A stretch of 64,000 bases of DNA from an uncultured Candidatus Saccharibacteria bacterium (GTDB lineage Bacteria; Patescibacteriota; Doudnabacteria; UBA920), in contig CAYQEU010000001.1 of NCBI GenBank assembly GCA_964416765.1, positions 1,675-65,674 on the forward strand. The letters are read 5' to 3'. Of this stretch, positions 1 through 10,400 are shown piece after piece; positions within the stretch are counted from its first letter, which is position 1, and each line of letters starts with the position of its first letter. Under the pieces are notes generated by a model that searched no databases, was not told the DNA's origin, and saw nothing but the letters and a program-made list of their open reading frames with translations. A program made the position numbers and the translations under genes.

Positions 1-3000
1 GAAGTACTAACATTGGTAGCAGTGGCACCGGAGATATCTTATTAGGTGGTGGCAGCGGCTCTACCGGATGTACCGTGGTTAACTCTTCTGGAGCACTGGC
101 ATGTTCTGCTAGCGGCGACTTTGGTAATTACTTATCGGTTGCACAATCCGGAGCAACCACTACGGCCGGAGTGTTGCGAGTAACCACTTCTACTTCAACT
201 GATTTTGCCCCGGGTATTAAAAACCAGTACACAGAAACATCCACAGGATCACTTACCGGTGTGTATGGCATGCAAAACTTCTTGTCCTCATCCGCCACTG
301 TTACTGGAGCGAGCGTAGGACAGAATTTGTACGGCTTCTATAACAGCGTTTCCAAGAGCGGAGCTGATACCGCCACTGGCACTTACAATATTTATGGTAA
401 CTATAATGCCGTTGATAACACAGGTCGTACCAACGTTGGTACTGTTAACACTTACGCTGGATACTTCAATGCCTTTGGTGACACCGCCGGCACTTCCCAG
501 GCCATTGGTCTGTATGCCACGGCCAGCGGCGCTGACAATAACTATGCCGCTCTCTTTGACCAGGGTAGCGTTGGTATTGGCACACTTACTCCACGGCGCA
601 AGCTGGACGTGCTTGATGCCTCCAACCCCCAGCTTCGTTTAACCTACACCGACAACTCTGTTTATACAGACCTGCAAACGACCTCTTCCGGAAACCTATA
701 TATTAATCCAACGGGTGGCGGAGTCGGTATTGGCATAAGCTCACCAGGAGCGGTACTTGCCGTTGAAGATGGCACTTCTTCCGACCAATTTCGTATTGGC
801 GACCAAAGCGGTGGTAACTATTACAAAATCGGGCGCAATACCAGCACGGGCTTCTTAGATTTTACAGGTACTCAAAGCGGCTTCCGGGGTTATCTATTTA
901 ACAACCCAGACAACAATTTTTATGTGACTAATGCCACAGGAAGCAATAGGATTAAATCATCCACCGGCACAGCGGCTGCAGTAGCAGGTATTGAATTAAA
1001 TAACTCCTCTCGTGGTTACTCTTGGTATATCGATAACCGCGGGTCAATAGATAGCCCAAATGACCGTTTCGGGATCTTTAATAACGCAGGCACTGAAGTC
1101 ATCACAGCCCTAAGCGGCGGGAATATCGGTATCGGTACCAATAATCCAGGCAAGAAGCTCAGTGTAATTAAGGCCGACAACGCCACAGACGAAATTGCCC
1201 AGTTCTACGCTAATAACCTCACTCAAGGTATCGGCATAACCTACGCAACTATAAGTGCTATTGGCTCTAACACAGACCAAGGTATAAATATTGTCCCTAA
1301 GGGCGCTTTTGGAGTCGGCGTAGGAACCACCACAGTGGCTACCAATAACATGTTCTCCGTTAATGGTTCAGCCACTATTGGTGCCGGGTCATATAACGTA
1401 GCTGCTCCAACCAGCGGTTTGTTGGTCTCCGGCGGTGTCGGTATCGGCACTAACGGTCCTGACCGCAAGTTGGACGTACTTGATGCCTCCAGCCCACAAC
1501 TGCGCTTAACCACGACCGATGGTACGGTTTATGGAGATTTCCAGAATACTGCTAATGCCAATGCCATTCTTACAGGTAACACTTTAGCCTCCTCTTCTGC
1601 CATTCAATACGGTCTCCAGGTAGTTCCAACAGTCAACCAAACTTCTACGGCTGGTTATACTGCCCTGGACGTTAACGTCACTGAAACTGGGGTAACCAAC
1701 GGGCCAAACTTATTGGCTGACTTCCGCGTGGGTAACAGTGAAAAGCTGTCGGTACGCAACGATGGTTCCTTGACCTTGCATGGTAACTCCAACATTATCA
1801 CTCCTTTTGGTGGCTTCGGCAGCTTCTCTAACTACCTTGTCCGCAGCGAAGACTTTACCACTACATGGTCAGTATCAAGCGTAACTGCTCCTACGGCAGA
1901 TACTCAGGTTGCCCCTGACGGTAGCACTACCGCAGAAAGCCTTGCTACGAGCGGCTCCGGCGGTTCTGTTACCCAAGATACCTCAACTGCCATTTCCAGT
2001 ACCACTTACACCTTTAGCGTTTGGGCCCGGTCAGCCAGCGGCACCCAAAACTTTGGTTTGAGAATCGACGGCACCTCCTCCGGGACTGGTGCAGAAAAGA
2101 CTTATACTGCCACAACAAGCTGGCAAAGGTTCTACGTTACCCAGGCGGTCGGCAGCTTTACCGGAAACGTTCGGGTAAAGATCTTCCCTGGCACCTCTTC
2201 GGGTACCGGCACCATTTATGCTTGGGGCGCTCAGTTAGACAACGCATCAGTTCCTTCCCAGTATGCTAAGACCACTACGGCCGCGATTAATAACCCAAGC
2301 AACAGGGGATTGCTGGTTAACACCAACCTTACCAATACTGTTTCCAGCGGCTTCCTTTACGGTGAACGCCACATTAGCACCATTAACTCCACTACCGCCG
2401 GCACTCACGTTGGCCAGTTCATCCGAACTATAGACAATACTTCACTGGATTCGGGCCAGGTCGTGCGTGCCCTTGAAGTTCAGGCGTTCTCCGGAAGCAA
2501 CGTCAACGGCACAAATACAGGTATTGCAACCTTTGGCTACACGTTTGGTATCCAGGCCACTACTACCGCCCAAGCGGCTTCCCAAGCCGCCCCGGCAGCC
2601 ATCTTCGCTGACCTTGATAACGGTACTGACTCTACTACTAAGGCCCGTGGTAATGCCATCCGCGCTTACACCAACGATGCCACTTCGGCCACCCTGGTCC
2701 AGTTCTACCAAGAAACCTCGGCCTACACAGGCACTGGTTTACAAATGGATTTCGGCAACAACTCCGGCTCCTTCAACGGCAATTACGCGGACTTCCTCTA
2801 CCAGGGATCCAGTAAGTTCCAGATTGCCTACAGCAGTTCCACCGGCAAGCTTACTCAAACCTACGGAGCCACTGGCAGCATCATTGACTACGCCAGCGCC
2901 ACTAACGGCAACACCTTTGTCGCCAAGATCCCGCAGAAGGCAACTAGTGGTACTTGTGCATCCGCTGCAGCTGAAGGGTTCATTTACCAGAATTCCGGAG

Positions 3001-4370
3001 GTACTCAGGTTGGACACATTTGTATTGATGGCCCGTCCTCCGGCACTCCAAACAAGCTCCGCTTCTACGCCGAACAGTTCAACGCCACCTCCACTGACGT
3101 TGCAGAAAACTATTCCGATGCCACTAATTCCCTACAGCCAGGCGACTTGGTAATGCTCGACGCTTCTACTAAATATGGCGTAACTAAGGCAAATATTGGC
3201 ACCGGAAACCCGGTAATCGGTGTGGTCTCCACCTCACCTGGTATTGTCCTGACCGGTATTAGCGAGTCTGACCACAGCAGCGAATTGGTCAATCCAAAAC
3301 CAATTGCTCTGTCCGGGCGTGTCCCAGTTAAGGTATCCAATGAGAACGGCGCCATTAAGACCGGTGACTTCCTGACTGCTTCCTCAACTCCGGGTGTTGC
3401 CATGAAGGCAACCAAAGCCGGCCCCGTTATTGGCCAAGCCCTGGCAGACTTCAACGGTACTACCGGCACCATTGTGGTGTTCATTAAGGCCACTAACTAC
3501 AACGGCGCTGATATTCAGAATGAAATGCCAGGCCTGACCTTCCGCTATGCTGACCCAGTCCAGGCTGCCAACACTTCCTACGATATCCTCGGCCACCTCA
3601 TGGCCCAGCTACCGAACCTCAACCCAAATAACCTGTCCCAGGTTCATACCGATGTGGTTGTCGCGCGGGCTGAAGTAATCACCCCGACTGTTACCACCCA
3701 CACGCTGCGTACCGATTTGTTGTCCGCCGCGACTGCCCAAGGGGGATTGTCGGTCGCGTCGACAACCGTGTTCAACGGCGGGTTGAAGGTGGACTCAATT
3801 GGCTCCATCGGAACGATGCTGTCCATCCAGAGCGATGTCGAATTCTTTGGTATCCCGTACTTCACCAGCGATACCGCCGGGTTCGCCCTCATTAAGAGTG
3901 GAGTTCAAAGTGTGGACGTGGAATTTACCCACCCCTATGTGGCCCAGCCGATCATCAACGCGACTATCAGTTTCGAACAGGACATCAACCCTGACCTGAT
4001 CAATGACCCGAATGCCCAAGAGTCACTGAAGAACGCTGCCATAACTGATACCCAGGCATTCCTGCAGGCGGGGATTAGCTACGCCATTACCAACAAGAGC
4101 GCGCGTGGGTTTACGATTGTCCTCAATAAGCCAGCCCCAAGTGACATTAAGTTCAGCTGGATTTCCTTAGCCGTTCGGAACGCCATTACCTTCACTTCCA
4201 AAGATGCGCCCCAGCAAAGCCAGGCTACTCCTCCGGCTGACGGCCAGGCAGGTGGCGACACTACTACTCCGCCGGCAGGGGATGGCAGCGTTAGCGGTTC
4301 AGACCAGGGAGCAGACAGCACCACACCGCCTACCTCATCTTCTGATAATGGCAATGACTCCTCATCATAA
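1..4370 (+). CDS. Giant secreted surface protein, 5'-truncated by the window edge (at least 1431 aa). It has repeated GxGIGT..P..KL.V and 'RKLDVLDAS.PQLRL' motifs of the tail-fibre-domain kind, and a C-terminal Pro/Thr/Ser/Asp-rich low-complexity tail.
   Basis: The frame is open from nt 3 with no stop before 4370. Motifs occur at least four times (GSVGIGTLTPRRKLDVLDASNPQLRLTYTD, GGVGIGISSPGAVLAVEDG, GNIGIGTNNPGKKLSV, GGVGIGTNGPDRKLDVLDASSPQLRLTTTD). Thr/Ser/Gly/Asn content is very high. All overlapping minus-strand and frame-shifted ORFs look like low-complexity artifacts. Confidence 0.8.
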   Translation, partial: STNIGSSGTGDILLGGGSGSTGCTVVNSSGALACSASGDFGNYLSVAQSGATTTAGVLRVTTSTSTDFAPGIKNQYTETSTGSLTGVYGMQNFLSSSATVTGASVGQNLYGFYNSVSKSGADTATGTYNIYGNYNAVDNTGRTNVGTVNTYAGYFNAFGDTAGTSQAIGLYATASGADNNYAALFDQGSVGIGTLTPRRKLDVLDASNPQLRLTYTDNSVYTDLQTTSSGNLYINPTGGGVGIGISSPGAVLAVEDGTSSDQFRIGDQSGGNYYKIGRNTSTGFLDFTGTQSGFRGYLFNNPDNNFYVTNATGSNRIKSSTGTAAAVAGIELNNSSRGYSWYIDNRGSIDSPNDRFGIFNNAGTEVITALSGGNIGIGTNNPGKKLSVIKADNATDEIAQFYANNLTQGIGITYATISAIGSNTDQGINIVPKGAFGVGVGTTTVATNNMFSVNGSATIGAGSYNVAAPTSGLLVSGGVGIGTNGPDRKLDVLDASSPQLRLTTTDGTVYGDFQNTANANAILTGNTLASSSAIQYGLQVVPTVNQTSTAGYTALDVNVTETGVTNGPNLLADFRVGNSEKLSVRNDGSLTLHGNSNIITPFGGFGSFSNYLVRSEDFTTTWSVSSVTAPTADTQVAPDGSTTAESLATSGSGGSVTQDTSTAISSTTYTFSVWARSASGTQNFGLRIDGTSSGTGAEKTYTATTSWQRFYVTQAVGSFTGNVRVKIFPGTSSGTGTIYAWGAQLDNASVPSQYAKTTTAAINNPSNRGLLVNTNLTNTVSSGFLYGERHISTINSTTAGTHVGQFIRTIDNTSLDSGQVVRALEVQAFSGSNVNGTNTGIATFGYTFGIQATTTAQAASQAAPAAIFADLDNGTDSTTKARGNAIRAYTNDATSATLVQFYQETSAYTGTGLQMDFGNNSGSFNGNYADFLYQGSSKFQIAYSSSTGKLTQTYGATGSIIDYASATNGNTFVAKIPQKATSGTCASAAAEGFIYQNSGGTQVGHICIDGPSSGTPNKLRFYAEQFNATSTDVAENYSDATNSLQPGDLVMLDASTKYGVTKANIGTGNPVIGVVSTSPGIVLTGISESDHSSELVNPKPIALSGRVPVKVSNENGAIKTGDFLTASSTPGVAMKATKAGPVIGQALADFNGTTGTIVVFIKATNYNGADIQNEMPGLTFRYADPVQAANTSYDILGHLMAQLPNLNPNNLSQVHTDVVVARAEVITPTVTTHTLRTDLLSAATAQGGLSVASTTVFNGGLKVDSIGSIGTMLSIQSDVEFFGIPYFTSDTAGFALIKSGVQSVDVEFTHPYVAQPIINATISFEQDINPDLINDPNAQESLKNAAITDTQAFLQAGISYAITNKSARGFTIVLNKPAPSDIKFSWISLAVRNAITFTSKDAPQQSQATPPADGQAGGDTTTPPAGDGSVSGSDQGADSTTPPTSSSDNGNDSSS

Positions 4371-4404
4371 CTTTTATTAACTTAACAAAAGTTAACAAAA
4401 TGAC

Positions 4405-4433
4405 TTGCAAAAATTTTCCAATTGTGCTATAAT
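4405..4433 (+). promoter_or_regulatory. Sigma70-type promoter for giant gene 2: TTGCAA, 17-nt spacer, extended -10 TGcTATAAT.
   Basis: TTGCAA at 4405-4410, TATAAT at 4428-4433 with TGc immediately upstream. Inverted repeat GTTAGC-N7-GCTAAC at 4452-4470 lies in the 5' UTR, and the ATG at 4489 has an A-rich leader. Confidence 0.6.
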
Positions 4434-4488
4434 ATAAGTAATAAAGTGCTTGTTAGCCAAAATAGCTAACATCTGAAACAAAAAACAA

Positions 4489-7400
4489 ATGAATATCAGC
4501 ATAGGAAAAGTCAGGCCAGGCTTTGGTACCAGAAAAACCTTCACTTTAGTGGGCGTTTTTCTGTTTTGTGCTTTGCTGGTATTCAATGGTTTTTTCCCCT
4601 CCAGCGGTGGAATTAAAAAAGCTCATGCGGCCCCGGTAACGATCACATTTTACTCGGATGATTACTGGCAGGTTCCTGCCGGTGTGACTTCCGTAACTAT
4701 TGATGCATGGGGCGGCGGCGGCGGCGGTAATTCCATCGGCCAAGGCGGTTACGGCGGAGGCGGCGGCGGTTACGCGCATGGTACTGTTAGCGTTACCCCT
4801 GGAAATTACTATGACATTATAGTCGGCCAAGGAGGGGTGGCGGGAGAAAAAAATGGCGGCGCGGGCGGCCCCACATATTTTGGTGGTGGTGACGTGGGTG
4901 CTACTGGCGGCGATGGCGGCCAGAGTGGTATTGGACCCGGAGTGGGGGGCAATATTTTTGCCGGTGATTTTGGGTACTCAGGCGGCCAAGGCGGTTACGG
5001 CGACCAATTCTTTTCCTTGTTAGGCGGCGGCGGTGGCGGTGGTGCTGGATCTTCCGGCGCCGGCAGTACCGGTGACGATGGTATAAATGGAGGTGCTGGA
5101 GGCGCCGGCGGCCCGTCTGAAGGCGGCCAAGGCGGTCACGGCGGCGACAGCAGAAGTGATGGCGAGCCGGGCTACAGCATAGGCGGGGGCGGTGGCGGTA
5201 GCGGAGATGGCTCCTTCCCGGGAGATGGGGCAGCTGGTCAACTTTGGGTTACCTATATTCCTCCTTTAATTTGTACTTCAATCACAAGCGGCTCTGGCAA
5301 CTGGAATAGCGCCAGCACTTGGACCAATTGTGGCGGCGGCACACCCGGCTCTAATGACACCGCGGTTATTGAGGGCACCGCGCAAATCACGGTCACTGCC
5401 AGCACCACGGTAAATAACTTACAGTTTGGTGACAATTCGACACCCGCGACAAACGCGGTGCTTAAAGTTAATAGTGGCCAAACTTTAACAGTTTCCAACA
5501 CCACTACAGTTTTCAGTGCCTCTAACAATAATGTCCAAGCCACCATCCAGGATGGTACCGGTAGCGGGACGGTATCCGGTGTTTATTTGGATATAGGATC
5601 ACCCGTAATTCCTGGTACAGGATCCCACGAAACTAAATTGATATCTTCAATTTCCAATTTTTCTCTGGCGGGAAGCACAACCATGCATGGGTATTCCGGT
5701 GTTTCAAGAGACAACGACCCAACTCTGGAAATACCTTCTGGTACTATGACGACTACCAGCCTAACTACAACTTTATCTGCTTCGTGGGTGACTGCTACTA
5801 TTTCAATGAACACGGGTGCCCAGACGGGAACCCTTAAACTGACCAGTAACCCCGCATGGTCCATAAGCGGTACAGGTACCACCAATCTGAACTTAGCAGG
5901 GACGGGCAACACGGTGGAGTATTCGGGCACAAATGCTTCCATACTCAACACGACTTACAAGAACCTCAAAGTAAGCGGTGCCCTGGGTACGACGGCACAG
6001 ACCGCTACTGTTGCAGGAGCCTTCACTGTTACGGGCAGCGGTAGCATGTCTCCAAGCTCGGGAACCATGACGTTTAACAACGGGGCTTCAATAAATAATT
6101 CCGGTACCCTTAATTTCTATAATCTATCAACTTCGGTATTTTCTTCCGTTAGCTCGAGCGGTAGCTTCGGGGTAGCTTCAGGCGGCACGTTTACCATTGG
6201 GGGAGCGAGCACGTTTACCCCGGCAGCAGGCGATGTTATTACCGGTACCTCTGCTACTATTACCGGAAGCGGCACGGCCAAGGTCACCCGTACCGCGGCG
6301 ACCGCTGATTTTAATACTCAATACAATTTTGGCACTAAGACCCTGACTAACTTAACCGTGGACTACGCGGGCAGCGGGCAATCGTTGAGCAATCTCACAT
6401 ACGGTGGACTAAAAGTGAGCGGATCCATTACGGGCGCCACCGCTACTGCAACTGTGGGCACTAACTTTAATGTTACGGGCACCTTCACGCCCAGCGCCGG
6501 CACGATTACCATGAGCGGCACGAGTTCCATTACGAATTCAGGCACACTTACGTTCATTAACTTAATCATCAATACTTTGGCGTCAGTGACCGGCAACACT
6601 AGCTTTGGTGTTTCAGGCACCTTTACGGAAAATTCTGGGGCCAGTTTCGCCGCGGCTTCAGGCACGCAAACATTTAACAACGGTTCGAGCATAGTAAAAA
6701 ACAGCACCCAGCTGCTTCAGTTTAATAATCTAACGGTGGCGGCATCTGGCACCATAACCGCTAACGTGGACATGAGCATTAATAGCGCCGTAACCGTACT
6801 TTCTTCCGGCACGTGGAATGCCACGGCGGGCACGGTTACCATGATGGATGGGTCATCAATTTCAAACGCGGGAACCCTGTCCTTCCAAAACCTGACCATA
6901 GGGGCAGGGGGGACAACTAATGTCACCGCCAACGCTAGCTACACTGTTAAGGGGGGTTGGACAATAAGTTCGAACGCTACGCTATCCTCCAGCTCCGGTA
7001 CAGTAACCTTAACCGCTTCTGGAACGCCTTTTGTCATGAGTGGCTCATTTTCCCCGTCAGGAACTAATACGGTTAAGTACGCGTCCAGCACGGGCGCTAC
7101 AGTGACCAGCAACATAAGTTACCAAAATCTCGACATTTCTCCCAGCAGCGGAACTCCGACTTTTTCGGTTGGCTTCTCCAATCTTAGCGTGGGGGGTGAT
7201 CTTACTCTAACAGGAACAGTCGCGACAACCTTCAATTTGAATAATATCGCATCTTACCTGGATGTTAACGGAAACGTGAGCATCAACTCTGGGAATACCT
7301 TGGTGGCTCCGCCGAGCTCCGCGATTTTCTATATTGGCGGGAATTATACCAATTCGGGGACATTGAACAACAATGTTGGAACCATTCAGTTTGACGCCGG

Positions 7401-10400
7401 TACTACCGGTAAAACCATAACTACCAATAACCAGTTTTTCAACAATTTAGTTTTCAATAACGCCTCGGGCGGTTGGACTTATACTCCAACCCTGTACATG
7501 TCCGGGACTTTGACTGTTACCGCTGGCACACTGTCCGGTACCGGTAACGTGGAGACCGATGGGGGCAACACCACGGGGAATGGAACAATCAACATAACTG
7601 GCGGAACCTTTTCGCAGTATGCCGGGGGCAGCTTTGGTGGCAATACCAACTGGACCTTTAATGACATCCAGTTCGGGGATGATATTTCCGAAATGCATGC
7701 CACCGGAACCGGAACCATAACAGCCCGCTCTATTAGCTCGCTTTATGAGTGGCACGCCGGCAGCAAGACTTGGATTATTACGGGTACCGGCACTCCGCTT
7801 ACCAACAACGGTACGTTTTTTGGTGAGAATAGCACATTCCAGTTTACAGGCAGCACTGTTACGGTACCGGTGTTCGCATATAATAACCTAACCTTGGGGG
7901 GGAGCGGGACTTACACCATGCCGGCCTCAACCCTTACGCTCACTGGAAACCTGACCGTGACCAACGGGGCGACGGTGACAAAGGGAGCAGGAACTGTAGT
8001 GTTCGGGGGATCCACGCCTCAGACCATAACTGACAACAGTGGTACCAAACAGGACTTAGGGGCTCTTCAAGTCTCCAACACTACGCAGCCGTGGTGCAAC
8101 ATTTCTTCCACAGTATGTAATTCTTCCTGGCTGAACCGACGCAAGATTACTTTTAATAACAGCGCTTCTTCCGCGAACCTTACCAACTTCCCGGTTTTGG
8201 TTCAGCTGACTTCCGCCAACATCGACTACAACAAGACCAAAGCCAACGGCGCGGACCTTCGTTTCGTTGATGCTGATGGCACTACAGCCTTGAGTTATCA
8301 GATTGAAACCTGGAATACATCGGGAACATCCAACATATGGGTGAGGGTACCTCAGGTTAATAACACCACGACCGACTATATCTACATGTACTATAACAAC
8401 ACTGGGGCGGTAGATAGCCAGGCGGCCACCAGTGTGTGGGACTCAAACTTCAAGGGAGTGTGGCATCTCCCGGATGGTGGTACTCTTTCCACTGCGGATT
8501 CCACGAGCAACGCTAATAACGGGACTAATCAGGGAAGTACCATTGCCGCTGCAGGCAAGATTGGTGGGGGAGCGAACTTCATCAATAGCGGCAGCGACCT
8601 CGCGATTTCCAATATCTCCGTTAGCGGGGTTGCTTATACCATCAGCACCTGGTTTAATACTCCTTTTGGTAATGCCGGCAGCTACACTACCTTAACCCGT
8701 GGCGCCGCTGGTGACCACCAGGTCTTAATAGACCCGAGTAATATTCTGGGGGTATTTGATTCCAGCACCGGTTTCTATAGCTCAGGGTTTAATGTCACGT
8801 CTCTTTCCAGCGGCTGGCATCACTTAACCGCGTCAGCTACCGGCAGTACTACAACTTTCTATATCGATGGGGTAAGTGTTGGTTCTTCCTTATTTAAATC
8901 CAATACCAACATTAGTTACTTGGGTAACTGTGGCGTGTGTTCTGGCCAACGGTGGGGTTTGGCTGACGAAATGCGCGTTTCCACCGGCATTGCCCGCGAT
9001 GCTAACTGGGCCAAGGCGGACTACCTTTCCGAAAGCAACCAGATGAATACTTTTGGAAGTGAAGAATCCTCCACTGCGGTCGGGGTTGCATTGGGTTCTT
9101 CCATTAAAGCTACATCGGTAACAGTGGATGCTACTCGAGTTCTCAGCGCCAACGGCTCTAATACCCTAACTCTGGTAGGAAACGGCGCATCGGTGTTCGT
9201 GGTAAATGGCACGTTTGTCCCTTCTACCGGCACGGTTGATTTTAGCTCAGCAAGCACAACAGGAACTACTGTACCGGGCACGACTTTTTATAACCTCACC
9301 TTAAACAAAGCTTCCAATAACTTTACCTCCGGCGGTTCCATGACCGTAGGCGGTACGTTGACCATTAGTGCCGGCACCTTTACCGCACCTTCAGGCACTC
9401 TGACATTGAACGGGGACTTAGTTAATAGTGGCACCTTTACTCACAACAGCGGCACGGTAGTATTCGCCCCGACCAATGCCTCACTAAGTTCCACAATTTC
9501 AGGTAGTTCAAACATCACATTTAACAATGTCAGTGATACAACTCCCGGTTCCAGCATAATTTTCAAAAATGGGAGTACGTTCATTTTCTCCGGCACCCTA
9601 ACCGCCACGGGCACGGCGCAAAACGCGGTTTGGTTGAAGAGCGCTTCCCCAGGATCACAATGGACCGTTACTTTTAGCTCGACCCCTAGCCTTACAAACG
9701 TATCCGTGCAAGACGGTGCTTGTAATGGCGGGTTAACTTTGGCGCAAAACCCTTCCCTGCATAATGAAGGACGCAATGGTTCCTGCTGGGGCTTTATAAT
9801 CTACACTGGCGGCGGCGGTGCTTCTGACGGTGGTTCTGGCAACACCGGCGGCGAATCCGGCGGCGGCGGCGGAAGCGGCGGCGGTACAACCATTTCATTT
9901 ACTTCAAGCGGCTCTTGGACCGCGCCTGAGGGCGTAACTTCTGTTATTGTGGAAGCCTGGGGCGGCGGGGCCGGTGCCGGCAGGGGTACTACCATAGGTG
10001 GTTCTGGCGGCGGCGGCGGAGCGTATTCTAAGAAAAATTCTATCAGTGTAACCGCAGGTACTACATACACCGTAACTGTTGGCACTGGCGGAGCAGGGTC
10101 CACGGGGGGCAATGCCCAGGCGGGCGGTGACTCCTGGTTCTCTACTTCCGGTACTATACTGGCTAAGGGAGGCACGGCTGGAGCAGATAATGGCGGAGCT
10201 GTTGGAACCGGGGGCGCGGCGGGAAGCGGTATTGGTGATGTTAAATTCTCTGGAGCCAACGGAGGGACGGGTTCCAGTATCATAGGCGGAGGCGGTGGTG
10301 GAGGAGGGGGAGCTGGAACCGGCACTAATGGTAATCCAGGGGACGATGGTGTTTCTGGCGGCGGCGGCGGCAAGGGCGGCGCACTAAATGGCGGCGCTGG

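Noticed and set aside
394-4354. Many small plus- and minus-strand ORFs inside giant gene 1 (e.g. 2467..3153, 3110..3493, 4079..4354).
   Set aside because: All are in alternative frames of a continuous 4.3-kb ORF with coherent repeat structure. Their products are low-complexity Pro/Thr/Leu-rich, without starts or RBSs.
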